Below, piece after piece: positions 47,319-60,205 of a DNA stretch of 64,000 nucleotides. The notes under the pieces were generated by a model. That model was not told the origin of the DNA, did no database searches, and was given only the letters and a program-made list of their open reading frames with translations. How positions within the stretch are numbered: position 1 is the stretch's first letter; each line of letters starts with the position of its first letter. The DNA lies in assembly GCA_964016885.1 (NCBI GenBank), contig OZ024742.1:26908001-26972000 (forward strand). Reading direction: 5' to 3'. The stretch comes from Eledone cirrhosa. Its lineage: Eukaryota. The position numbers were made by a program, and so were the translations under genes.

Positions 47319-47629
47319 CACACACATAAAAAACAGACATGCACATATATATATATATATATATTTTTCATTACTCTTATATATACACATATTATATATA
47401 CATACACAACCTCACTTATACACATATACACATAAGTTATATTACAATAATAATAAAGAATAATATACATATATATATATATACATATACATATATATAT
47501 ATATATATATATACATACATACATACACATACATACATACACATAAATATATACATACATAAATACACACATACGAATAAAGACATATATTCACACATAG
47601 ACACCTATATATATATATATATCTATATC

Positions 47630-47667
<38 letters not shown>

Positions 47668-48110
47668 CACATACACACACACACACACACACAGACACAC
47701 ATACACACTCACATATATATATATATATATATGTGTATGTGAGTGTGCGCACATACACATATATACACACACACATACAAACACACACAAACACATACAT
47801 ATGCATACGTGCACACACACACACATATATCACATAGATACGAAGATAAACATATAAATAGAGAGACATACATATATATACACAACACACATACACATAC
47901 ATACATACACGCATATACATATACATACATATATACACATATATATATTCCTATATATACAAGCATACACATACATACACATATATACACATACATACAC
48001 ATATACATACAACACATTCACATACACATACATATATAATACATATATATACATATATATACATACATATGTATGTACAATCATATATACACACACAATC
48101 TTACATTCAT
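46340..48110. repeat. Scrambled (TA)/(CA)/(TACA) microsatellite field
   Basis: Directly visible. Confidence 0.9.
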
Positions 48111-48819
48111 ATTTGCATGCTCATATATGTATTTTTATATTTAGATATAAATACCCAAACCTATATAGACACCTACCTACATATATATTCATACATAGAC
48201 GCTTACAAATACAGATGATAATAGTATGGGGGAAAGGGGGGGTTTGGAGAAGGGGATCAAAGTAAATATATGTTTCAAGAAACATATAATATTTTCCGTA
48301 TCTTAATTCAATGTATGTTCTTACATATTTTCAGTGCTAGGAAATACGAAATCTATGCATCTCAAAATAAATAAGTATACCATTAATCATATGTTAACTA
48401 AACCAAAGATAGTCAACATATTGATTTCTAAGGTGTAAATTAGTTAGGTTTATAATATTTGAAGCAGAATTTTGAAGTCAAACAGTAGTAGATTATTAAT
48501 TACATTATAACTAAATTAAAGTTAATAACGTTATGGTATCAATATTAGGAGATGAATTTAGTAATAGGGAAAAGAAACCCAAATAAAAATAAAATAAAGT
48601 ATTACATCGGTAGTAGCATATAAATTATATGTTAACTAAATTAAAAATTATATATTTATTTCAATAGTATACGTTAATTAGTATATGTTAATTAGGTATA
48701 CAATACATAAAGTAGATATTGTATTTCATCAATAGCATAATATAATTATATGCAAATAGAAATCAAAATTAATACGCATACATATACATATACATACACA
48801 TACACATATACATACATAT

Positions 48820-48862
<43 letters not shown>

Positions 48863-49394
48863 TATATACACACATATACATACATACAGATACACATACA
48901 CAACACACACATATACATATACATATACATATACATATCTTATTCAAAAAATTGCACAGAATATATTAACTAGGTATATATCCAAAACACATCCCATTCT
49001 ATGATTACATGACATTCTGCAATTCGTCTGTATAAGGATACTAATTTTAAGCAAATTAAAATTAAAGTTTTAGGTTGATTAAAACTAAAACCAAATAATA
49101 AATATATTTCCAAAATGTATATTAATTAGGTCTATAATACTAAAAATTCTTTCTCCGTCATTGGATACATGATATTATTTTGTTATATTTTATCTGTAAA
49201 AGAATTATAATAAAAGGTTTAAATAAATTAAAATTAATCTATAAATTAAATTACTAAGTATATATTAGTAATATTTAAAGGTTTTTCACAATTTATGATT
49301 ACATAATATTTTCTCATCTGTAATAAAATATTAATTAAATTAAATTTATAGGTTAACTAACATTTAAATTAAATTAATTTCTAGAATAATGTTA

Positions 49395-49856
49395 TTAATT
49401 AGGTTTATAATATTTAAATGTTTTTTTTAGTTTATGATTACACGATATAATTAATTCCTGTCGTTTATTTAATAAGATATCCTTAGACTTCATTATTTCA
49501 AATAGTTCTTGGGAACATAATCTACATTCCTTTCTATTATTTTGATAAGGGGTGGCTCTTTTGAGCACACTCCAGGTCAAATCATATTTTATATTCTTAT
49601 TTTTATAACTATTGATTTTTTCTGCTAGAGATGTTGTATTAGCCAGTGCGGCATTTTTAAAACTATGTTTGTGGGTATTAAACCTTGTCTTAAAATTGTT
49701 AGAGGTAGCTCCTATATATGAGCAAATAGAATCTTTAGTTTTAACATTACATTTATAGACTATGTTGTTAACAAGACAATTCCCTTTTAATGGGCAGTTT
49801 GTTTTGTTTCTACAGTTACATCCTTTCGTTAATTCTGTATTTGAGGAGATATTATT
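49395..49856 (-). pseudogene. C-terminal GIY-YIG endonuclease of a 5'-truncated Penelope-like element (Naiad-like), frame open to its stop
   Basis: CNCRNKTNCPLKGNCLVNNIVYKC..SYIGATSNNFKTRFNTHKHSF..WSVLKRATPY..CRLCSQE..LLNKRQEL..CNH. Confidence 0.9.
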
Positions 49857-50138
49857 AGTCTATAAATGTAATGTTAAAACTAAAGATTCTATTTGCTCAT
49901 ATATAGGAGCTACCTCTAACAATTTTAAGACAAGGTTTAATACCCACAAACATAGTTTTAAAAATGCCGCACTGGCTAATACAACATCTCTAGCAGAAAA
50001 AATCAATAGTTATAAAAATAAGAATATAAAATATGATTTGACCTGGAGTGTGCTCAAAAGAGCCACCCCTTATCAAAATAATAGAAAGGAATGTAGATTA
50101 TGTTCCCAAGAACTATTTGAAATAATGAAGTCTAAGGA

Positions 50139-50139
<1 letters not shown>
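49479..50139. repeat. 284-bp inverted repeat of the PLE endonuclease (49479-49762 and 49856-50139, 93-bp spacer)
   Basis: The plus arm yields track ORF 49762-50310 (VYKC..YIG) and abuts (GT)n. Confidence 0.93.
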
Positions 50140-50197
<58 letters not shown>

Positions 50198-51365
50198 TGC
50201 TTACATCAAGTTTTATATTTCCTAGATTGTTTTTGTCAGCAAGTGTGTACATAAACGAAATAAAGTTTATTATTTCTCAAAGGGAAACTTTTACATTAAT
50301 GTTATATTAACTTGGGATTTAATTCCTGTAACTAGAAGCCGCCTCTAACATATTTCTCTAACATTGCCCACTTTCCATTTGGCAATGTTAGTAAGTACAA
50401 ATTCTAAAATTACACAACCTAAGCAAGATTTGCGTGTATAATATCGAGCGATCATATTTGTAAAATAATTCGGTACGAATTTACTTTTTCTACGAATACA
50501 TATTTTCTGTGTTGTTTGAAATGAAGCTGGTTAATGTATAAAACACTGTACTAACGATACCATACCAATTGTTAACCCTTAATTATTTTGTGTATCAAAT
50601 TTATTGTAGCTTCCACACCCTAACTCAAAGGCTTTTCTTTTACATTACATATTTATGAATAATTAATAGCTTAACAACATTGTATAACAACCTAGTAAAT
50701 GTTTTACTTTTTCTGTTAAAATAAATTAATCATTGTTTTATAATATGGTTTTCTATCTTTGAATTAATTCGGTGTTTTTGTTGTTTTTGCTCTTTTGTAT
50801 AAATTAACTTTATACAGAATCTTCTAAATCTTCCAGTCGATAATATACAAAAATGACAAGATACAATATATGTATGAATGTATGTATATATGTATGTTCT
50901 CTCTTTCTCTTAATTTCGAGTATATTTTTGACCGGCCACTTTCCTGGTGGCAAGGTTGTAAAGGAAAAGAAATTGTCATCCCTTGAATCGCAAGAATGTT
51001 TTGCAAATTTTGAAGGTGTCAGCTATCGTAGCTATTTGTAGACTATGAATTAGGGAGCTGCGCTCTTTGTCCGCAAATCCAAGTTCAGTTATACATGTAT
51101 GTATATATGTATGTATGTGTCTGAACCTGCGGCTCAGTAGTTACCGATGATGATGATCTTTTCTTCTTTTCGGGTTATAGCTACTGTCGCTCAAAGAGTG
51201 GGAGTGGCTCAGTGCACAGTCTTTCTCCACTTTAAAAAATATCTTCACGCACAGGCATTGCACGATGGAATTAATTAATAATTATTAATAATGTTATATC
51301 GTGCAATGGCCATACTCGATAACGAGGCGGCAGCCATCATGTGTCTAGATATGTGTGTATGTGCG

Positions 51366-51397
<32 letters not shown>

Positions 51398-51425
51398 GGT
51401 ATACATATACACATACACACAAACA

Positions 51426-51460
<35 letters not shown>

Positions 51461-51477
51461 AGAGAGAGAGAGAGAGG

Positions 51478-51544
<67 letters not shown>

Positions 51545-52619
51545 ACGCTTATTTTGACTAAGAATTCAGAGGTTCCATTCGGGTCAGATTGGACAACAAT
51601 TCAGGTACATTCATCTGCTCATAAGTCACCACAAATCTTGTAAATCTTTCCTAAATGTATTGGAATGCACGAACATGATAACGCCACAGCAACACTTTAT
51701 AAATGTTGGAGATAAATAATAGAATCTATAAATTACAGCAAAAATGCAATTCTGACAAAATGTTTTATAACTGGTTTGTGTCAGAATTAATTTATATATA
51801 ACAAATTTTCTTACAACAACAACGCAATAAACATTTTCAGCTTACAAACCTACCAGATTCCAGCCACAATAACTTCACTAATATCATCCATAACATTATC
51901 TTCTTTACCCCCATCTTTCTCCCTTACTGATTTAGTGGGAGCTTTTAAAGATGATGGCCACACATTTTCATCGTTTGGACATTAAAGTGATTCAACGTTT
52001 TTACGTTTTAATGCAAAAGTTAACAGAAAGAAATATATCAAATGCACGCCAACAAATTTAACATGTTAAAAGCTATGCATAACAGAAATGTTGAGTGATA
52101 TTCTTTTATGAGATATGTCGAGATGTTTTTAGTAGTTTTCGTTTCTCTTATATATATTCATTTCATTAGATTTTTCTGTATTTTAGTACAATCGTATTTT
52201 TCTGGTTATACATTGGTAGAGCCATATCTTATTACATTAGTGTTTCCTCGTGTGAAACATCCTTATTAATATATAGTGACACATATTTCTATTAAGATCT
52301 TTCTTTAAAAAAGAAACACAAAACATTCATAAGCCCGTGGCAAAAGAAGATATTACTGGGTTTTGTTCACTAAATATGAAATGTAAGACGAACAACGAAT
52401 ATTACACTTACCTTTTAAATTTTAATATGCCGAATTAGTCTATACTATACACCCGCAATTAATTTAGTTTGTTCAAATGCATTTCGTGATATGCCTTTAG
52501 GAAAAGTCCCCTTAAATGCTTTCATCAGCGAGTACAAATATGTTCTGATCAGAGAGTCTATTACATCAAAATTAGAATCAGAAATTACATTCAAAATATA
52601 AATTTGATATTCTGCTTAC

Positions 52620-52995
52620 ATGCTTAGCATCTCCCACGTCGTGAGACACATGAGGCAGTTAAAGTACTCCAAAGACCATGTTCAGTTGCATCTATCAATA
52701 AATCCCGTGTCTTTAGACGTATGAGGGAGCCAATTGCTCCAATGGCTACGGCCAGTTGGATATATCAATTCATCCCCTGACTTTTGACGTATAAGGCAGC
52801 CAAGTGCTCCGATGAACATGGTCAGTTGCATCTATCAATAAATCCCGTGTCTTTAGATGGATATTGCAGCCAAAGTGCTCTAATGACCACGGTCAATTAC
52901 ATCTATCAATACATCCCACGTCTTGAGGCACACGAGGCAGATGAGGCACCCTAAGTGATCCAATGACCACAGCCAATTGCATCTATCAATACATT
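52620..52995. repeat. Diverged ~70-bp minisatellite, 5-6 units
   Basis: T(C/A)TATCAAT at ~52691, 52761, 52831, 52903 and 52982. Confidence 0.75.
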
Positions 52996-53250
52996 GTTTC
53001 AACTGTTGCTGACGGTGTTTCAGATCTCTGTCGAGAGACTGCCGTCAGTATATCTTCGGGCGTCCTCTATGTCTCTTTCCATGTGAGTACCAATAAGGAC
53101 CTCATTAACCTATCTTCCACTTGGTAGCCGTGTGACATGTCCCAACCAGCCAAGTCGACGCTTCCACATGATGTTGCACACACGTTGTTGGTGGCTTCAT
53201 TGAAATATATCTTTGTTGATAAAGTTATCTCACCTCAGGCCAGGGAAGTT
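52996..53250 (-). mobile_element. Decayed RTE-type LINE 3' fragment
   Basis: KRRLGWLGHVTRL..HGKRHRGRPK..RQSLDRDL. Confidence 0.75.
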
Positions 53251-53463
53251 TTTAAATTAGCTAACCTAAGTTATCTGAGTTAAACCACGAGTTGTACTTT
53301 CTTGTAGCATTTCTTCCTGTTTATTAGGCAGTTCTCTTTACTCAGCGCTATGTTCGTCCAACTTGATCAATTTTACTTGAATTAATACTTAAACTTAATA
53401 GTTCGGTGTATGACTGTGTCATTTTAAATTCAAAGGTCATCATAATGTTTGTATACGATTGCG

Positions 53464-53534
<71 letters not shown>

Positions 53535-53755
53535 ATTATAATAATGATGATACTATTTATAGTTATGTATACACTATATACAACTATAATAAGGAAAGGT
53601 CAGTAATTTATTACTACCTTATTACCAGTAAGAAAACTAGCTCAATGTAAGTACATCAGATGTTTTACAGAGCAAGAATATAAATTACACAATAATCAAA
53701 GTTATGTTTACATCATTTTATTGCTGACAACAATCATTTCTTCCAAACATTGCTA

Positions 53756-53895
53756 GTACACTCAATAATTAGTGTAGCAGAGTGGGTAATAGGAAACAGT
53801 ATGGCAGAGCTGAAGCCGTTTCGACAGCTATTTCTGTCCAGAAATAGCCGTCGAAACGGCTTGAGCTCTGCCGTCGGGGTCATATTTTTTCCTAT
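53756..53895 (-). mobile_element. Fold-back element family D, copy 2
   Basis: Matches 16891-17035. Confidence 0.8.
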
Positions 53896-54185
53896 ATATA
53901 TATATATTTATATATATACGTAACGTAAGTTATTCACGTATGCAGTCAAATGTAAAAATAACCGATCCCGGTCTAGAAACACCAGACCAGATACTTGTCA
54001 ATAGGAATCCTAGTCCACATGGTATTAAGTCATGATATACACAGACATAAATAATTGTCCAAACCTGAACGTAAATATATTCAGAATACTTCGGACCAAT
54101 CCACGAATTACAGTAAACACACGAACCAATCTTTCCCGCAAAACAACTGAACTGCCACCATTAATGGTATGAAGATAACATATAG

Positions 54186-54216
<31 letters not shown>

Positions 54217-54217
54217 A

Positions 54218-54250
<33 letters not shown>

Positions 54251-54550
54251 CACACACACGCACACACACACACATACACACACGTACACACAAACACATA
54301 TATATATACAGATATATTGGTATATAAACATTGAGAATGTAGGAGCGAAAGGGAGAAATTATCTAGTTATGAAGACATATTAATAGATATCTAGCGAAGT
54401 GAAGGTTTATCTAAGTTGTCGAAATCATAAAAAGAAATAGAAAAAAGAAAGTGGCAGTGGTGGAGGGAAGGGAAAGGAAAATTAGAGTAAGTTAGAGAGG
54501 TACACGGATAGAAAATGAAAGAGAAACTATCACTATCACTATTATTATTA

Positions 54551-55691
54551 GTGAGGGTGGTGGTTTGGCAGTATTGGTAGATAATCCTTATGGGCTCGAT
54601 AAAATAAAGTACCAGTCACGCACTGGGGTCGATTTAATTGACTTCCCCCTCCCCCCCCCAAATTACTGGCCTTGTGCCTATATAAGAAACCATTATTAGT
54701 GAGGGTGGTAATAATAATATTAAAAAGAATAAGAATGGAGGGCGGTGAATTGGCAGTATCGGTAGAGGGTTGGACGCCATGTTTTCTAGCATAGTTACGT
54801 CCCTTTACAGTCTGAGTTCAAATCCCGCCGAGGTTAACTTTGCCTTTCATCGTTACAGGGTCGATAAAATAAAGTACCAGTAATGTACTGGGTAATTGCT
54901 GGCCTTGTACCGATATAAGAAACCATTATTAGTGAGGGTGGTGGATTGGCAGTATTGGTAGATAATCGGACACCATGCTTTGCAGTATAGAGTTACGGCC
55001 CTTTATGATATGAGTTCAAATCCAGCCGAGGTTAACTTTGCCTTTCATCCTTGCGGGATCGATAAGAAAGTACCAGTAATGCACTGCGGTAATTTCTGGC
55101 CTTGTGCCAAAAAGTGAAACAATTACTATTATCATTATCCCGCCGAAGTTAGCTTTGCTTTCCATCCTTACGAGGTCGAGAAAATAAAGTACCAGTAACG
55201 CACTGGGGTCGATTTAATCAACTTTTCCCTCCCCTTCACATCTCGTGCCTGAAACAGAAACAAATATTATTAATATTAACGTATAGCCCATTACGTTCTG
55301 AGTTCAAATCCCGCTGATGTTAGCTTTGCCTTTCATCCTTACGGGTTCGATAAAATAAAGTACCCGTAATGAACTAGGGCTGATATATTTGACTTTCCCC
55401 TGCCCCCAAATTGCTGGCCTTGTACCTAAAGTAGAAACAATTATTGTTATTATCATTCGGGTCGTGGATTAGCAGTATCGGTAGAGCGGCAGACACCATG
55501 CTTCGCAGCATATAGTTACGTTCCTTTACGTTCTGAGTTCAAATCGTGCCTAGGTTAGCTTTGACTTTCCTACTTAAGAGGTCGATAAATAAAGCACCAG
55601 TAATCCAATGAGGTCGATTTAATCAACTTTCCTCCCTCTCCGCAAATTGCTGGCCTCGTGGCCAATAAATAAACCATTATTATTGTCGTTA

Positions 55692-55739
<48 letters not shown>

Positions 55740-55952
55740 GTGAGGGCGATGGATTGGTAGTATCGGTAGAGCGTTGGACCCCATGATTTGTAGCATAGAG
55801 TTACGGACCTTTATGATCTGAGTTCAAATCCCGCCGAGGGTAACTTTGCCTTTCATCCTACGGGGTCGATAAAATAAAGTACCAGTCACGCACTGGTGTC
55901 GATTTAATCTACCCCCCACAAATTGCTGGCCTTGTGCCTATAATAGAAATCA
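54551..55952 (+). mobile_element. Head-to-tail cluster of ~7 SINE family 1 copies
   Basis: Copies start at ~54551, 54740, 54931, 55138, 55285, 55458 and 55740, separated by ATT-rich tails. Confidence 0.9.
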
Positions 55953-57145
55953 TTAACATTGTCATATTGTTATTACCATTATTTGTATCATTATTATTAA
56001 CAGGGTGTGGAGGAGGATGTTGCTTGTAGTAAATTATAAAGCAATGTACTTACAACTAAAATTTACCCGAATCATAATGAAACATGGCGCATCATTTCAA
56101 TTTGATTATCTTAAACGTCAGCTTTGTCGTTCGTTTTAGCGCCTTTTACAGTCACCCCCAACAACCTCGCCACAAACCCCTTGCAGCATCTATCCTCCGC
56201 CCTCCATCTCCATCTACCTTAACATCCTTTGCATTAAACAGGATCTAAGACCTTTATATTTCAAAAGAGTCATACAATTATCATCAGATGACTTTCTAAG
56301 CGTTTGATCCATTGTATATTCACTTCCTCGCAACTACTTGGATGTCTCTTTCTTTCATTCTCACTCTTTCTCTTACTATTTCTCTCTCTATCTCACCTTC
56401 CCCTCTCATCTGTCCCTGTCTTTGTATGTCTCCTTTACTTTCTGTCTCTGTTTCTCCCCCCTCAGTTTCTATTTTCCTCTCTATCTCCCCTTACTCACAC
56501 CCTTACATTCCTCCGTCTCTATTTTTCTCTCACTCTTTCTCTCTCTATATTCCCTTTCTCTCTCCCCTTCCCCCTCTATATTACATTCTTCCGTCTCTAT
56601 TTTTCTCTTACTCTATCTCTGTCTCTCTTCTTTACTTTCTGTCTCTCCCCACCACCACCACTACCGAATCTATATTTCTCTTCCTCTTTCTGTCTAGCTC
56701 CTTTACTTTCTCTCTCCCCGCCGTCTCTATATTTCCTTTACTATTTCTCTATCTATCTTCCTTACTCTCTGTATCTCTTTTCTTTTCTCTCTCTCTATTT
56801 TTCTCCTCTTTTATGTCTCCCTTCCTTTCCCTCTGCCTCTCTTCTTTTCTCTCTCCGTCTTTTTCTCGTTTGACTATCAATCTCTCAACATCTTCGGCAT
56901 CATCAAACAAATTAATAGCAACAACAACACCAGTATTATTGTTAGTAGTAGTAGTAGTAGTAGTAGTAATGTTGATGATGTTTGACATCAATAATAACCA
57001 GGAATTATATGTAGAGTTTGATACTATTGTTGTTGTTATAATAGTAGATAGAAAGCACTGTATCCCTGAATCTTGTGACTGGGAATGTATACAAGGCTAG
57101 TTATTCAATATATATATATATTGGTGTGTGTTTATGAAGTAACAT

Positions 57146-57191
<46 letters not shown>

Positions 57192-57372
57192 TTTTATATT
57201 TAATTGTTTTTATAGCTTTTTGAGGTAATATAAATTATTAAAAGCATGATTTGTCGTATATGTGTGTGTGTGTAGATCACGAGTTAAATCGGATGTAACC
57301 ACAGTAAATATGATGATTTTATACGAATGAAACAGTTCCAATCCTGTAGAAGCTATCTCTATATTAAATAAT

Positions 57373-57427
<55 letters not shown>

Positions 57428-57430
<3 letters not shown>

Positions 57431-57486
57431 TTCGAATCTAGCTGTCGAAACGGCCGGAGCTCAGCCGTCGGGGTCCTGACTCTTTT

Positions 57487-57523
<37 letters not shown>

Positions 57524-57627
57524 AAAGAGTGTGTGGAAAGATACCAGGTGGACCATAACGTACCCGAGTACTCAATACTTGGAGTACTAGAGTGGGTAAT
57601 ATGAAAAGAGTCAGGGTCCTGATTCTT

Positions 57628-57633
<6 letters not shown>
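57428..57633. mobile_element. Two family D-related pieces in (TA)n
   Basis: GTCGAAACGGCCGGAGCTCAGCCGTCGGGGTC. Tail GGACCATAACGTACCCGAGTACTCAATACTT with short hairpin GAAAAGAGTCAGG/CCTGATTCTTTTC. Confidence 0.7.
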
Positions 57634-57674
<41 letters not shown>

Positions 57675-58114
57675 CGTGTGCGTGCGCGTGCGCGGCGCGC
57701 GTGTGTGTATGTACACGTGCGGATCGAATAGCAAACTTTGTCACATGTTTTGTAACATATATTTACGTTGCTGAGTGCGCTTGTGTCTGTAGAAGGGTCA
57801 GCCACTTTAAGTGTTAATTTCTGCAGCTCACTGTTTCATATTTCAAAACAATTGGGATACTTACTCATTTATAACCTATTGAGTACCAACTGGCAATCTT
57901 TAATGAAGGGCGTTCCCAAACCATGCGTTACAGCACACTGAATCACCCTCAGATGTAAATAGATACACCGCAAAAGACTAAGATTAAGTTTTAAGATATG
58001 GAAAATAAAAACTAAATTTCGTATGAATGTAGGTATATAGCTAACAAGGTGGCAAAGATGTATAATTTAGTAAAAAGTTTTGTGAACAATAGCACAATCT
58101 ATCAATTCCGTTAA

Positions 58115-58238
58115 TAGTTGTTTCTACTCTTGGTACAAGGCCAGCAATTATCCCAGTGCATAACTGCTGCTTTATTTTATCGACCCCGTAAGGATGAAAG
58201 GCAAAGTTAACCTCGGCGGGATTTGAACTCACAGCGTA
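58115..58238 (-). mobile_element. SINE family 1, 5'-truncated (more decayed copies near 59540-59680 and 61810-62160)
   Basis: Consensus reverse complement. Confidence 0.8.
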
Positions 58239-58381
58239 AATAACATTATTCTAATATGTATGAAAAACTTCTTAGAATACATTTTAGAATTTATGATACA
58301 AAATGTTCCAGTATTTTTTTCTATTTTTCAAAAATTCTTGAGTAAAAAAAAAAGATGGTACCCACTGCCTTAAGGTATGTG

Positions 58382-58815
58382 TGAGGGTCGGATGAAAACT
58401 TTATAGGTGGACTATGAAGAAGTGATGAGAGAGCTGTGAAATCTTGCATGCATTAATTTCCGCTCTTCTTATTTATAACTGCATCGTCCCTTTCCAGGGA
58501 CTATGTTGAAAAATACAACTCATTTGTTCATTTCATGGGAGTATCTTGATCTGCCAATGGACTTTTCAGTCGACCCTCGTATGTATAAATGTGTATATAG
58601 GCCTGTATGTATATATACAAATGTAGGCTGATATGTTCCTAGGTTGAGTATGACGGAGTGATGCCAGAGGGAGGAAATCTTGCATGCATTAATTTTAACG
58701 CTTCTTGTTAAAAACTGCATTTCTCTTTCCAGGGACTATCTTCAAAAATAAAATTAATTTGATAATTCCATAAGCGTATCTTAGTCTGCTTATGGACCAT
58801 TCAGCCGAGCCTCAT
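58382..58815. mobile_element. Tc1/mariner-type MITE (58382-58579) plus a partial second copy (~58655-58815)
   Basis: TIRs TGAGGGTCGGATGAAAACT and ACTTTTCAGTCGACCCTCG followed by TA. The body is duplicated. Confidence 0.7.
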
Positions 58816-59870
58816 AGGTAGAAGAGAGATGCTGCTGAAACCATTGTATTCCATGTATTCTAAATACTTGACATTTGAGAACATAAATGTTGCTTCTGAG
58901 ACGATTTCATTTAGAACATTTTGTTTATAGTCTATTCAGTGTCCCACCAAATTAACTCGTCTATTTAGCAAATTTTTACGTTTATCAGAGTCCCATCTTT
59001 TTCCAAATATCGATCTAGTGTTAGCACCGAGAAAAGCATTGTTCCATCAAACTCAGAGGCCCTGAATTGATATATATATATAGTGGTTGACACAAGTATC
59101 CTACATTTATAGTGTAATCAGCGTGACACAATTTAGCTACGAGCACCGATTCACGTAATGTGGGTCAACCCAATTCTATTCACAGTTTGGATCAACCCAA
59201 GTGTATAATGAAATATTTTTCCTAAATGCCACTTGTAGTTAGTTTCATATTAAAGAGGATCTCTCTGATATCTCCATTTAATATATATTAGAATAATTAT
59301 GAAATGATTGAGGTCAGATGTGTATATTGTTAAGGATTCCTGTGTTTTTCAGGTTGTAATTTTTTACTGTTTTGAGACAGAAGAACCATTAGGTTAACCT
59401 ATTTCAGACCAGTTTCCATATGTATCATCAAGGAGGATATTGTCGGGAATGGTTGCAGTAGCTAGGACCTAGCTAAAGCACCCGAAACAAGGTGACTGAG
59501 TTAAACTGATAACACGACTATATCTACAAGCCATTTAGACCACAAGGAGAATAGTGGGATTTGAACTGAGAAAATGAAAGCAATTCAGACTCGGCCTGAT
59601 TTGAATAAAAAAATACAGAAAGTCAGAAAGTATAATTCAAGGTATTTTGTCCAACGCTCTAATAACATTACCAATTACTTCCCTAATGAGACAGTTTCGA
59701 TAAGGTTAAATATTAGTAGTGAAAATTATGGTAGAGATCCCTGAATTCAGCATCGATCATTAACAATTAACTAGAATCCATTTATTTGATATTTTCCATC
59801 CTGAAAATGATTATTTTCCAAGCGACCTTTTCTGAGCAAATGGCGTAACAATGACTGGCTACAGGGTTTA

Positions 59871-59901
<31 letters not shown>

Positions 59902-60171
59902 CTGTATATATATATATATATATATATATAGGCAGCAGACAGAAAGTTAGATTTAGTTTTTGTTTTCTATCTAATGCATGATAGTTACATTTTTACTTGT
60001 TAAAGAGAGTAAATTATTAATTTTCTCCCAGATATTGTCAGAGATAAAATTGTTCGCTTTTACTGAAACGAAATGATATATGGGTGACCGTGTAATTAGT
60101 ATCTATGCATACATACATAGCTATATATACACTTCCACACACTCACGCGCGAGCACACACACACATATATA

Positions 60172-60205
<34 letters not shown>

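Noticed and set aside
49762-50310. 182-aa plus-strand ORF as a gene
   Set aside because: Chimera of antisense spacer, the inverted endonuclease arm and a (GT)n tract.
51545-51900. Possible minus-strand host exons (MLWMILVKLLWLES, LRR-like LSNLTRMEPLN)
   Set aside because: Stops or frameshifts in all frames and no consistent splice phase. Needs RNA-seq or tBLASTx.
56304-57100. Leu/Ser/Phe-rich ORFs
   Set aside because: CT-rich low-complexity sequence.
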